From NCBI RefSeq assembly GCF_963921235.1, contig NC_086108.1, positions 99,698,001 through 99,762,000 on the forward strand: 64,000 nucleotides of DNA, written 5' to 3'. A program made the position numbers and the translations under genes. The notes beneath the pieces were generated by a model that saw only the letters and a program-made list of their open reading frames with translations, had not been told where the DNA came from and did not search any database. Below, piece after piece: positions 49,626-63,069 of the stretch (position 1 is its first letter; every line of letters starts with the position of its first letter). This DNA comes from Mobula hypostoma (Eukaryota).

Positions 49626-51499
49626 TAGACAGCTAGGTTGACTCTGACCAGCAGAGGCCTCGGAATGCTGGTGGTACTTTCTGTGAAAACAGCCTCTCTT
49701 TATTTTCATCACTACCTTCCTTCCGACCTCAATGAAATCACCCTCCCCACCGCAGACATCATAACTGGATCCATTCCTTTTTAGTAAGTCAAATGGACAA
49801 GAGTTTACTGATTGCCCAAGTGCAGAGCGAGAGACACAGACATGGAATGGCCAATTCACTCAGGTTTAATAAGAACTGTTCAGAACAAAGGAAAATAATA
49901 AATGTTAGGCCAACAGGGCCGTTACCTAAAAGCTCTTAAACTAACCAAAAACCAATACCTTCACTGTGGATTAAAAGCAGCGACCTAGAACTAACTTAAT
50001 AACACTCCTTAAACAGCACCTATCTTCTTTCCCGGAATGTATACTAAGGAGGGCTGTTGTCGCTGTGCTTCGATCAAGGTCTGACAAGACTGAAGCAAAA
50101 GGCAGAGAGTGAAATACAATTACAACAAAACCCTATTGGTTGGAATGTGTGCACTCTCAGGTGCAGGGTTGTCGCCTTCCTTCAGCTGCCCACCTGCAAG
50201 AACGTCCAGACTCCGCGGCAGTGCCCTCAGTTGTGACGCAAAAGATGTGGAAGTTACTGGCTTTGATTGGCTATCTCCAGGTATCCTTGTAGCCAGGCAG
50301 GGGTCAACTACTCTGCTGGTTTTGGAGTTGCACATTGATCAGATGGGATATGGTTGTCATATTTCATTTTTCTAATGCACCTTAGTGAATCTAAAATGTT
50401 TTTATGATAATGAAGTGGTCATAATTGCTAATTTATTTTTTATCTAATTGAATTAGAATACTCCCAAAGCCCTTGTAGGTCTTGAACACCTGTCACTCAA
50501 ACAATGGGTCCAGACTTCTAGATATTAGTCCATTAATGTGGCCATTGTACTGTTTTGGTAATGAGGGGACTCAGAGAGTAGACGCAAGAGGCCAGCAGCA
50601 AGCTGCTTACCAACCCATCATTCTGAAGCCTCACTAGATTGGGAGATCAACAGCTCATCTTTTATCTTATTTAGAGATGTGTCACGATAACAAGCCCTTT
50701 TGGCCCAATGAGCCTGGGCCACCCAATTGCACACACATGACCAATTAACTAGCTAACAACGGATAGTGCAATCCGGGTCATATTACGATCGAGGAACGTG
50801 TTTGTAGACCAGATATTGAACTTTTTGCTGTTGGACTCCGGCCATATTCCACCGAGATACAACACTGGGCGGCACGGGAGGTCGTTCCTGCCTGTGGCCA
50901 TCGAACTTTGCAGCTCCTCCTGTGGAGGGTCAGACACCCTGAGCCAATAGGCTGGTCCTGGACTTATTTTCCATCTGGCATAGTTTGCATTTTGTTGTTT
51001 GATTGTTTGTGGTTTTTGTATTGCTATATTTATGCTCTATTCTTGGTTGGTGCGGCTGTAACAAAACCCAATTTCCCTCGGGATCAATAAAGTATATCTA
51101 TCTATCTATCTATCTAAACTGCATGTCTTTGGAAGGTGAGAGAAAATCAGAGCACTCGGAGGAAACAAACACGGTCACAGGGAGAATGTACAATTTCCTT
51201 TCAAGCAGCGGCAGAACTGAACCTGGGTCACTAGCACTGTAATAGCATTATGCTATCAGCTGTGCTACCGTGTATGAGAGGTCCATTTGAGAGGCTGACA
51301 ACAGTGGGAGAGAAGCTGCCCCTGAGCCTGGTGGTACGTGCCCTCAAACTTTTGTATTCTCTGCCTGACAAGAGGGGAGAGAAGGGAATATGTCCAGGAA
51401 TAGTGGAGTCTTCCCCAAAGCAGAGGGAAGTCAGAATCAGAACCAGTTTTAATAATACTTGCATATGTCTTGTAATTTGTTGATTTTGCAGCAGCAGTA

Positions 51500-52018
51500 G
51501 GGTGCATCACAACCTGGTATGGAAGTTGTCCTGTCCAAGACCGGAAGAAGCTGCAGAAGATCATGAACAGAGCCCAGCACATCACACAAACCAATCTTCC
51601 GTCCTTGGACTCACTTTACACCATACGCTGTCGGAGCAGTGCTGCCAGGATAATCAAGGACACGACCCACCCAGCCAACACACTTTTCGTCCCTCTTCCC
51701 TCCAGGAGAAGGCTCAGGAGCTTGAATACTCGTACGGCCAGATTTGGGAACAGCTTCTTTCCAACTGTGATAAGACTGCTGAACGGATCCAGACCCAGAT
51801 CTGGGCCTTACCCTCCAAATATCCGGACCTGCATCTCGGTTTTTTTTTGCAACACCTTACTTTCCATTTTTCTACTTTCTATTTACGATTTATAATTTAA
51901 ATTTTTAATATTTACTATCGATTTGTAATCCAGGGAGCGGGAAGCGCAGAATCAAATATCGCTGTGATGATTGTATGTTCTAGTATCAATTGTTTGGCGA
52001 CAATAAAGTATAAAGTGA
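51500..52018 (+). mobile_element. Young Rex1/Babar-like 3' fragment nested in an older opposite-strand Rex1 tail
   Basis: ORF 51563-51895 LPSLDSLY..RC...AARIIKD.THP...LF.PLPS.RR.RS; AGCAGTA duplicated at 51493-51499 and 52019-52025. Confidence 0.85.
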
Positions 52019-53912
52019 AGCAGTACAATGCAATGCGCAATAACGAAAACTGAGAATTACAGTAAGTACATATATTAAATAGTTTTATATATATGCATAT
52101 ATGTTAAATAGTTAAATTAAGTAAGTGGTGCAAAAACGTGGTGAGTTAGTGTTTATGGGTTCAATATCCATTCAGAAATCTGAGGGCAGAGGGGAAGAAG
52201 TTGTTCCTCATTTGCTGAGTGTGTGCCTTCAGGCTCCTGTACTTCGTTCCTGATGATAACAATGAGAAGGGGGCATGTCCTTGGTGAATCAGGTCCTCAG
52301 TGATGGACACTACCTCTTTGAGGCATTACTGCTTGAGGAAGTCCTGGATTCTGGGGAGGCTAGTGCCCATGATGGAGCTGACTTGAGGTCAGAACTTCCT
52401 GCGGCTTATTTCGATCCTGTGCAGTAGCCCGTTCTCTCCTTACTGGATGGTGATGCAGCCGGTTAGAATGCTCTCCACAGTACATGTTAGAAGTTTGCAA
52501 ATGTCTTTGGTGACATACCAAATCTCTTCAAACTCCTCGTGAAATATAGCCACTGTCATGGCTTCTTTGTAACTGCATCAATATGTTGGAAAGCGTAGAC
52601 AGATTGGCCCTTGCACTTTATCTGTCAACTTCTCTGTAACAGTAACATTATATTCTACATTCTGTTTTCTTCTTTACCATCTCGCTGTACTTAAGTGTGG
52701 TATGACCTGTCATTCTACTCACTGTATCTCGATACATTTGAGAATAATAAACCAACACCAACTCCAATCATAGACTCTACCTCCTGGGATGTGGACTTAT
52801 TCTCTACAAAGTGCAAAGAAGAGAAGATAATAAAATTCTCAGACACCTTGTATAACAATGCTACCAACATCAATATCCACCGTAAATACCAGAAGTCTTC
52901 AGGATTTATCACATGGTGTGACTTCCCAAAAGGCAACACATTACAGTTAATCTGAATTAAACTCCACTTGCTATTGCTCAGTGCAACTATGCAGCTAATC
53001 AACATACTGCAGTAGATGCAGATGGCATTCTCCACTGTCCATGTTAACACCTATTGTCATCTGCAAGCTTGGGAATTTATGCAGTGTTATTCTGCACAGT
53101 ACAAACTGTGAACAGAGACCTTGCAAGTTTTAGAACACCTAACACAGGATTGGTTGTTTAACCAATTTCCCCCGGGATCAATAAAGTATGACTATGACTA
53201 TGACTATGACTATGACACAGAACAGTATAGCACAGGAGCAAGCCATTTGGCCCACAATGTCTATGAAGAATCGATTAAATAAAGAATCAAGTGGCTAACT
53301 AAACTAATTCCTTCTGCCTACATAATGTCCATATCCTTCTATTTGCCTCACATTCATATACCTATGGAAACATCTCTTAAAAGTCTCTAATGTATCTGTC
53401 TCTACCACCACCCTAGGCAGCGCATTCCGACCACTCACCACTCTCTGGTCATTTCCTTTGGTCCGGTTTGGAGACCTACTTTGTACAATATGACCATCAT
53501 GATAGAGGAGCTAACTCTGCAGCCACTGTCATGAGCAGGAAACTGAGGGTTTGAAGCACTGAATATATCTAGCTCTGTGTCTTGGGTGTAAAGGCGTAAA
53601 TAGCCTGTATGCACATTCTGGGGCCATGAATCGATTCATTTGCCAACCATTAACATGGTTTCAAAGTTAAAACCAGGTCCCTCAAGAGTGCACTTAGGAA
53701 GCATTTGTTCATGTAGAGAGAAGTTGTTTAAAATTTCTTCTGCAGGCAGCAGTCTGGACTAGCCCAAAGTTCAATTTTAATTCTGTAATTGATCTTTCAT
53801 AACCCCAAAAATCTGAGTCATAGGTCATCTTCTATAAATCATCATGGACCCCCACCATCCAGGCCATGCTCTCTTCTGGCTACTACAACCACACCGGAGG
53901 TACAGCAGCCTT

Positions 53913-54221
53913 TGTTAGGAAATGTGGAGGAGGCTTGAACCAAATGCAGAGCAGTGGAGATGATTTAGCAGTGATCAATAACTTTAATAATAAACTGCAA
54001 AATAACAAGCCACTAGGAGCCACAAAACAGGAGAGAACAAATACTTAACTCAACAAGGTAACTGAAGGCTAGGACTGGCTAGTTGGTTCGTATGAGTGAA
54101 CAAGGATTACGGATGAGAGTTGGGTTTAAATAGGCTGCAGGTGATGAGCTGGAAATGAGTGGCAGATGATTCTCGTTAGTTGGGTAGAGTCTGGGAGGAG
54201 CCTACGTGTACAGACCCGACA
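53913..54221. mobile_element. Solo LTR (309 bp)
   Basis: TGTTAGG...CCCGACA imperfect inverted ends, 5-bp TSD GCCTT (53908-53912, 54222-54226); splits a Rex1 3' fragment. Confidence 0.8.
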
Positions 54222-55699
54222 GCCTTATGTCCCATGCCATTAAGGTAGAGGAGCAGTTATTCCCAGCAGGCTCCTGAAATGGCACGGATAACTTCATTCA
54301 CCTAAACTGTGCGTTGACTCGACAGCCTAAAGACTTACTTTCAAGGACTCTACAACTCATTTTGTTGATATTTTATTTAATTATTTACATAGTTTGTCTT
54401 ATTTTGGACATTGGCTGTTTGTCACTTTATTTTTGTATAGTTTTTCATAAATTCTATTGTATTTCTATATTTTCCTGTAAATGCCTGCAAGAAAATGAAT
54501 GTCAAGGTAGTACAGTATATGGTGACTTTGATTATAAATTTACTTTGACCATCTCATGCTAGGGGCTTAGAAAAATAGAGGGCTATGGGTAATCCTGGGT
54601 AATTTCTAAAGTAAGGACATGTTCGGCACAGCATTGTGGGTTGAAGGGTCTGTATTGTTCTGTAGGTTTTCTATGTTTCTATCTTGGTGAATGAACGGAA
54701 GAAGCTTGAATTTTGCCTCCATTCTTAACCCTTCCTTTATCACTTATTTGTGTTGGATTTTCAAAGTCAATACTGTATGAACTTTTGTGCGGCCAATATA
54801 TCAAATCTTCCAGTAACATGCAGTGGCCTCTCTGGGTCCAACAAAAGGTGTAATTGTCCTTTTAAAACATCTTCTTCACAATTGAAGGGCATTGCTGGAT
54901 ATTAAGAACGTCAAGTACTGCAGGTCTACCCATGAATGAGTTGTGTGATAGCGGGGGAGCTGGAGGAGCTGGTCATGATGCAGACTGTGTTGCTGCCTGC
55001 TACAGAAAGGTGCCAGAGCATGAACACGATCTGCAGTCTAACAGCAAGTGATTAGCTTGGACGTTTCTCTTGTGATCGTAAGACCATGTTAGACGTTGAT
55101 AATGATCCTCAGAGATCTTGATACCCAGGAACTTGAAATTGCTCACTCTCTCCTCTTCTGATCCTTCTATGAGAATTGGTTCATGATCCCTCGTCCTATC
55201 TTTTCTGAAGTTTACAATCAGCTCTTTGGTCTTGCTGCTGTTGAATGAGGTTGTTGCTGTAACACCACTCTGAGAGAAAAAAATTATTCTTCATACTATC
55301 ACAAGAGAGCAATCCATTATTCAGCACTATCTCCCCAGCTTTTGGTTCCACCGTCAAAGGATTGGTCATTAATTTTCCACAATTCTTTCAAAAAAAATGC
55401 TGATAATCAGAAACTCGCTGGTTAAAACTCTCTGAAAACAGGTAGGCACTCAGTGAAGTCTATGGGGAAGAGGCAGGGGAATAGAACCAAAGAGATTACT
55501 CAGTGAGGAGCCAACAGGGATTTAATAGACTGACTTGCCTCCTTTTGTGCCAGCTGATACTTTGATTTGCATTTCGGAGTTGGCTGCAGTTTTCCTCGAA
55601 GCCCTCTCTTGGGCAGTGGAAAATTCAGCTCCCTAGCTATCAGTCTTCGGAGATTTCTCCCTCACCTTCTCAGTCCAATGTACATCTTCATGCAACACT

Positions 55700-56008
55700 T
55701 CCCCCTCCTCCCCCATCATCCCCATTCCAACCCCTATTCCCAACTCCTTTCTCACTTCCCTATCTCCTTTCTCACCCCATTCCCACCCTCAATCCCCATC
55801 CCCAATTCAAATCCCATTCCCATCCCCATTCCCGTCCCTATTTCCATCCCAAATCCCCATCCCCATCCCCATTCCTATCCCCAATCCAACCGCATTCCCA
55901 TCCCCAATCCAAACCTCATTCCTCTCCTCAATCCAAACCCATTTCCATCCCCAGTCCCAATCCCATTCCCATTCCCATCCTCATTCCCAACCCTACCCCT
56001 CACCCATT
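55700..56008. repeat. Degenerate (CCCATY/CCCAAT)n hexamer low-complexity tract
   Basis: Visible 6-bp periodicity; the Pro-Ile/Asn repeat ORF is a by-product. Confidence 0.9.
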
Positions 56009-56519
56009 AATCACATATTTTCTCCGTAGGTTCCCTCTAGCCATTGGACATGGTTGTGCCTTAAAATGTCACTTTTGATTACTCTAATTCTTCTTTGTTA
56101 GGACTTTCTCTATTCACTTTATCACAAAGCTCTGACCAAAGCCAGTTGCAGTAAAGTGTCATTGGGTTCAGGGGCTGAGGATGAGGGTGCTATTGAGAAA
56201 ACAGAGGAGAGTGCAAACTATTGGCTCCTGAATCGTATTCGCGCTGTTTACAGTGATTGGGCTCGTTTAGCCAGTGAGACACAACACTGGCACCCTTTTA
56301 GAAAAGAGACATCTTGTTCAAGAATTTTAAAGTCAAATAAAAAACAGCGTTTGGCTGCATATATCCATGCACAGACCTATGATGGGTGGTTATATTGAAT
56401 AAGGGTTGTGGTAGGCTTATTGAGGGGGCTCTTGGTCTTGGTATATAAAATCCAATGCAACAACACCAGGGGAGAGGAACCTCATCCCAATTCAGTGAGC
56501 AGTGGATAGAAGAAACTTG

Positions 56520-56815
56520 GGCAGAAAAACACAGATGTTGGAAATCTGGGACAGAAAAATGCAGATGCTGGAAATATGGCAAAAAATAATGCAGATGCTG
56601 GAAATATGAGATAAAATAATGCAGATGCTGGAAATTTGGAACAAAATAATGCAGATGCTGGAACTTTGGGACAAAATAACACAAATGATGGAAATATTGC
56701 TAAAGATAATGCAGATGCTGTAAGTATGAGACAAAATAATGCAGATGCTGGAAATTTGGGACAAAACCTCACAGATGCTGGAAATCCAGGACAAAAACCC
56801 ACAAATGTTGGAAGT
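56520..56815 (+). repeat. 30-bp minisatellite, about 10 copies
   Basis: Consensus GACAAAATAATGCAGATGCTGGAAATTTGG with strict 30-bp spacing. Confidence 0.95.
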
Positions 56816-57179
56816 GAAAAGATGTCAAGGAGTCTCTGTATCAAATGACAGCTCTGCACCCTATTAATGCAGTGTGACCTGCTAAGAACTTTAGTGGGAA
56901 ATTGGGTCATATGGAGACAGGCGACAAGCGACTGGGACAAGTCAAGGATGTGGTTGGACTTATGAAAATAAGTAAAAAGAAGGTGTGAACTGCAAGATAT
57001 TCTATTGCTAATGGATGTTCATAGGGACAGAGGAGAGGTGATTTAAGAAATGTTTTATAGCTGATACAATTTCTTCTGTTTACAGGGATTAACAATATTA
57101 AGATTGAAGAGACAGGAAAGAAGACACAGTAAAGAGCAAGGATTCCTTTTAGGTTTTCATTTTAGTTCACAAATACATG

Positions 57180-57505
57180 CAAGAGAGTCTTGATCAAGGG
57201 ACATAGTTGCAATGTAAAGAGACTGTCAATCAAAACTGAGGTGTGGAGATATTTCTTCCTGCAGAGAGTGATCAACCCGTTTAATTCTCTACTAAGGAAA
57301 GGTACAGAGTCCAGATCATTGGCGGTATTTAAAGAGGAGGTGGTTATATTTTTCAGCACTGAGGAAACTGAGTGCTGTGAAAAACTGCTTTAAGAGAGGA
57401 GATGAGACCCTCGGCAGATCAATCATGAGCATAATGAATAGGGAAGCACAATTAAGAAGTCAGGTAGTATGTTCCTCCTCCTGTTTTCTGTGTTCTTGTG
57501 TGTTC
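57180..57505 (+). mobile_element. Old CR1 3' fragment
   Basis: KGH....K...KTEV.R.FF.QRV.N..NSL; (TTCTTGTG)-type tail. Confidence 0.7.
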
Positions 57506-57914
57506 TTGCACACCACTGAAACAGTCATAAAGGAGCCTTGCCTAAATGGTGTCACAAAATGGAATAACATTCAAGGGGCGTCTGCCAAACGATTCAAGAA
57601 AAATCTATAACAACCGCATGCAAAGAGTTAACGACACCAAACCAATTAGCCATAATTAGTTGAGGAAAGCCATGAAAGGTCAAATTATGTTTAAATTATG
57701 GAAAATTTGCCCTTAAAGAAAGACAATGAGCTTAACTTATTTTCTAGTACTCGCATTGCTCTAAGTCTGCGTGTGGGCTGGGGTGTGAGTGATCTGGGTG
57801 ACATTTAATGACTCCAAAGGCCAGTAAGATAAGGCTCAATCTGTTAAGGTTTTATGAAAGTTGGAAAAATCTTTTCTTACATCGCTGCTTGTTATTGTCC
57901 ATCCTGAATAGGAC

Positions 57915-59400
57915 CTGAAGTTTTCATATTATTTCTCTGACAAACCAGGGTGTTGGTGATGGTCAGATAACATTCAACACACTTGGTGAGCAAGAACACT
58001 CCACGGGAGTTGATCTGCCAACATCTTCCTTCCCAGTTGTGCCTTTCCAGGAGCCAACACCCTGTTCCGCCAGAGAAATAAGGTGAAAACTTCATGGATG
58101 CATCCCTGTTCAAAGACTTGGTATCTTATAGGTTATCTCATTGTTCGGAAGAGACATTACAGAGACATAAAGAATACAAGAGCCATGACCAGTGCTGATT
58201 ATGGCTGGACAGACCATCGGCTTACGCAGTCACAAACAACCATCAAAATCATGCGGAAGAGTAGAGTGCAAAAGAAGCTGAGCTGTCCCAGGTTCAACAT
58301 CGAGAGTCTAAAAGACACAGCAAAGGTACAATATCTCCAGGCTGCCCTTTCTGAAAGAATCCCAAAGCAGTATCCGCAGGACCTTGAAGCACACTGGACT
58401 ACACTGAAGACCACCACCTTTGATACTTGTAAAGACATCATTAGATACAAGAACATGCAAAACAAAGTTTGGTTTGATGAAAATGACAATGAAATAGAAG
58501 GACTAATCAACAAAAGGAAAGCTATCTGTGCCTGGCAGAAGGACATGAACTGCAAGGCAAAACGAGAAGCCCACTCCCAAGCTAAGGTTGGGAGTAGAGT
58601 AAGGAAAATAAAGAATCAGTGGTGATCTGAGGGGGTCCTAAAAATACAGCAGCTTGCTGACTCTGGTGATATCAGGGGTTTCTTTATTGCCACCAAGGCA
58701 GTGTCTGGCCCAAACTATCGTGGCCTAACTCCCCTTCGCTCCAAAGGTGGACAAAGGCTGCTAAAGGACAATAATGTCATCTACTCTTGATGAAAGGAAC
58801 ACTTTCAGGAGCTACTTAATCATAACACCACTGTTGACATTGAAGTCAAAAACCAGCTCCCACAACGACAACTGAAGGAGGACATGAGTGAGCCTTCTAG
58901 TATCAAAGAGGTGCAGATGGCTTGCAAGAAATTGAGGAACAACAAGGCCACTGGACCTTGTGGATTTCCAGCAGACATCCTCAAGGAAGGTGGTACAGAA
59001 CTTTTAAATCAAAGGGTCAGCCACATCATCTGTATGCCTGACTCCCTCCTCTTGAAACAGCTCCTGGAGGGCAGATAAAGCGGTTCAAAGACAATATCAG
59101 GACCCACCTGAGGAAGTGCCACACCAACCTGAATGGATGGGAGAAATTAGCTCAGGACAGGGAAAGCTGGAGGAGGACTGCCTATCAGCTCAAAGAATAG
59201 TCCTACTGTGCTGGTGAGACTAGGTGGCTTCAATGTAAGGAGAGACTGGGAAAGGCCCAACCTGGCCACATCCACCACCACTTCAATGGCCTACACCTGC
59301 CAACACTGTAATAGGACTTGAGGATCACGTTTCGGTCTCTTCAATCATCACAAGACCCACAAGTGAACAGATCAACCACCAGGAGAAGAATCATACTCAA
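57915..59400 (+). mobile_element. RTE-clade LINE, degenerate, 5'-inverted, RT core deleted
   Basis: KTSWMHP.SK.W.LI.Y..VR, WTDHRL, WFDEND.EI, NNKA.G..G.PA.I.K.GG; C-terminal CQHC...GLF.H.KTH; upstream EN segment inverted at 57915-58050. Confidence 0.88.
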
Positions 59401-60119
59401 CTATGAGGTATTGCTGATGAGTCCAAAGAGCAGCTAATGGACAGAATGGCCTAATTCTGCTCCTATGTCTTATGGTCTTATGATGCCGATTGCTAGATAT
59501 CTCTGGAGTCAAACAGGCTGGACTGGGCAAGGAAGGCAAATTTCCTTCCCTAAAGGATATTTGCTAATATTCTTCAGGGAGGGGTTGTTAAGATAATCAG
59601 TAATTTTGTGGATACAATTACTGACACTGACTTTTTTATTTCAGAGTGATTTGATTACATTAAGCTTTGAATTCCCGAGTGGATGTGGTAGGAATCAAAC
59701 TGAATCAAATGACCTTTAGATGCAGATCAAGGAAATTCATCCTATAATAATGCTGTTTTTATTTCACAGATTTTAGTTCTCATTGGGCTTCTCTGAAGGT
59801 CTTTGGAAGACAATAGTTGAAAACGTTCCTTGTCTTACTGTGAATGGTAAATCGTTAAATTGATTTATTATTGTCAGATGTACCGAGGTACAGTGAAAAA
59901 CTTGTCTTGCATACCAACTATACGGATTAATTCATTACAACAATGCATCAATGCAGCGCATGTAAGATAATAAGAGAACACAGAATAAAGTGCTATAGTA
60001 CAGAAGAAGTGCAATGCAGGTAGATAGTAAGATGCAAGATTACAATAAGGTAGGTTGTGAGATCAAAACTCCATTTCATTGTACAAGAAGTAGTAGTAGT
60101 ACAATCACTCAAGACGAGT

Positions 60120-60800
60120 GTGATGTTCTCCTAAGGGATTGTCTATTGGTGGATCCTCAGGTGGCTGTAGAGACCGATCTGGATCCATATATTCTGATGC
60201 AGTGTGGCTAAGAGGTGTGGTAGCTGTGATTAGCGGTTGGGTCTTTTGGTTGTTCAGTCTTTACATTCTTAGCTGCTGCTTGTTCTCTGTGGCACAGCGG
60301 AAGTTGCTCTCATGTAGGGTAGCTCTGCCTCAAGAAGATTTCCTCCAAGTGCACTGACTTCCCATTTCTTTAGATGTAATGATGAATTTCTGGCCATTTC
60401 CCTTGTTCCTGTCCGGAGGCTGATTTTGATATTACCTTTGTCCACCAGGGGCCTGCTGACTTTCCTTCAACTGGGAGTAAAGGATCAGTTTGGGAGATGC
60501 GAGTGAGGCATCTCAATGACATCACCTCTCCGTTGGAGTTGGTTTTGCTGTATTGTGGTGGAGATTTTGTTCCATGCTGGCCTCCTCATTCTACTGGTGT
60601 TACTGTGTCTGTCCTTCCAACTGCTCCTGAAACTCTTCCATAAGGGCTTTCAGGTGCCTACTGAAGGAGGTCTATGATTCAACTCCATACATTAATATAG
60701 GATTAATGACTGCTCTATAAACTAGAAGTTTTGTTTAGACCTGTAGGTCATGATCTTCAGAGACCTTTCCTTAATCTTGCACAGGATCTACTAACACTAC
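60120..60800 (-). mobile_element. Old RTE-like LINE 3' fragment
   Basis: Minus strand remnants such as KLLVYRAV and LRW, ending in a short trinucleotide tail at about 60090. Confidence 0.5.
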
Positions 60801-61257
60801 TCAGGATAGGAAACTATTCAATAGTCGTATAACATACAACGGGATAAAATCTGTTCTTGAAATGGTGGTACCAGCTTTCAGGTTTTTGTATCTTGTGTCC
60901 AGTGAGAAAATGTCTGGACTGTGTGGAAATGAGGGTGATCTGTTCCACAATGTGACATAGGTTCTGCTATTCTATTGAGAAAATAAGTGAATGTTTCCAC
61001 AATTAATGTTTATCAAGCCAGTATTTCAAAATCTAGAGTACCTTCACAAACACAACAAATAGCTTGCCATTTCCCTTGTTCTTCTTTGGAGACCTGGTTT
61101 GCACAATGTGACCACTGAGCTTAAAATGCAACGTGAGCAGTTTGCATTACAAAATTAGTCAGAAGAATTGTTTTGAGACTTTGCCTCTCATTAATATTTT
61201 CTCAGTTTAGAATACAATGGATGAGTAGGAAAAGTCAAGAGCTTTTTACTACCATGA

Positions 61258-61492
61258 TACACAGTAGCGTAATGGTTAACATAATGCTTTACATTACCAG
61301 TGACCCGGGTTCAATACCTGCTGTTGTCCGTGAGCAGTCTGTTCATTCTCCCCATGACCGAGTGGGTTTCCTCTGGGTGCTCTGGTTTCCTCTCACATTC
61401 CAAAGACATACTGGTTGTTAGGTTAATTAGTCATTGTATTTGCCTCCGTGGTTAGGCTTGAGTTAAATCGGGGTTGCTGGCCAATGTGGTTT
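61258..61492 (+). mobile_element. V-type SINE split by CR1 (tail resumes 62994-63038)
   Basis: TAGCGTAATGG A box, GGTTCAATACC B box, GGGTTTCCTCTGGGTGCTCTGGTTTCC. Confidence 0.8.
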
Positions 61493-61493
61493 C

Positions 61494-62988
61494 ATAGAAA
61501 CATAGAAACATAGAAAATAGGTGCAGGAGTAGGCTATTCGGCCCTTCGAGCCTGCACCGCCATTTATTATGATCATGGCTGATCATCCAACTCAGAACCC
61601 CGCCCCAGCCTTCCCTCCATACCCCCTGACCCCCGTAGCCACAAGGGCCATATCTAACTCCCTCTTAAATATAGCCAATGAACTGGGCTCAACTGTTTCC
61701 TGTGGCAGAGAATTCCACAGATTCACCACTCTCTGTGTGAAGAAGTTTTTCCTAATCTCGGTCCTAAAAGGCTTCCCCTCTATCCTCAAATGGTGGCCCC
61801 TCGTTCTGGACTTCCCCAACATCGGGAACAATCTTCCTGCATCTAGCCTGTCCAATCCCTTTAGGATCTTACACGTTTCAATCAGATCCCCCCTCAATCT
61901 TCTAAATTCCAACGAGTACAAGCCCAGTTCATCCAGTCTTTCTTCATATGAAAGACCTGCCATCCCAGGAATCAATCTGGTGAACCTTCTTTGTACTCCC
62001 TCTATGGCAAAGATATCTTTCCTCAGATTAGGGGACCAAAACTGCACACAATACTCCAGGTGTGGTCTCACCAAGGCCTTGTACAACTGCAGTAGTACCT
62101 CCCTGCTCCTGTACTCGAATCCTCTGGCTATAAATGCCAGCATACCATATGCCTTTTTCACCGCCTGCTGTACCTGCATGCCCACTTTCAATGACTGGTG
62201 TATAATGACACCCAGGTCTCGTTGCACCTCCCTTTTTCCTAATCGGCCACCATTCAGATAATAATCTGTTTTCCTATTTTTGCCACCAAAGTGGATAACT
62301 TCACATTTATCCACATTAAATTGCATCTGCCATGAATTTGCCCACTCACCCAACCTATCCAAGTCACCCTGCATCCTCTTAGCATCCTCCTCACTGCTAA
62401 CACTGCCACCCAGCTTCGTGTCATCTGCAAACTTGGAGATGCTGCATTTAATTCCCTCATCCAAGTCATTAATATATATTGTAAACAACTGGGGTCCCAG
62501 TCACCGCCTGCCATTCTGCAAAGGTCCCGTTTATTCCCACTCTTTGCTTCCTGTCTGCTAACCAATTCTCCACCCACACCAATACCTTACCCCCAATACC
62601 GTGTGCTTTAAGTTTGCACACTAATCTCCTGTGTGGGACCTTGTCAAAAGCCTTTTGAAAATCCAAATATACCACATCCACTGGTTCTCCCCTATCCACT
62701 CTACTAGTTACATCCTCAAAAAATTCTATGAGATTTGTCAGACATGATTTTCCTTTCACAAATCCATGCTGACTTTGTCCGATCATTTCACCGCTTTCCA
62801 AATGTGCTGTTATCACATCCTTGATAACTGACTCCAGCAGTTTCCCCACCACCGATGTTAGGCTAACCGGTCTATAATTCCCCGGTTTCTCTCTCCCTCC
62901 TTTTTTAAAAAGTGGGGTTACATTAGCCACCCTCCAATCCTCAGGAACTAGCCCAGAATCTAAAGAGTTTTGAAAAATTATCACTAAT
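61494..62988 (-). mobile_element. Young 5'-truncated CR1 LINE (RT domain)
   Basis: ORFs 62469-63020 and 61592-62488: NYRPVSLTS, QHGF, DFQKAFDKVPH, FADDTKL; small deletion removes the GVPQGS motif at about 62500; GTTTC duplicated at 61489-61493 and 62989-62993. Confidence 0.96.
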
Positions 62989-63069
62989 GTTTCGAAGGAC
63001 CGGAAGGGCCTATTCCTCACTGTATCTCAACAAATAAATCAAAAAGAAGTAGGAAAAAGACAAAAAAAG

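Noticed and set aside
49780..50240. Possible further solo LTR
   Set aside because: Has an LTR-like motif but no clear TG...CA ends or TSD.
55567..56010. 147-aa Pro-rich ORF
   Set aside because: Product of the low-complexity hexamer tract.
56200..56460. Promoter (two ATTGG boxes, TATATAAAA)
   Set aside because: Motifs are short, spacing to the TATA is long, and no downstream exon is recognisable.
56520..56815. CRISPR-like array or repeat-protein gene
   Set aside because: Units are contiguous with no unique spacers, there are no cas genes, the context is vertebrate, and the repeat frame has an internal stop.
61569..62261. 230-aa plus-strand ORF
   Set aside because: Antisense shadow of the CR1 RT.
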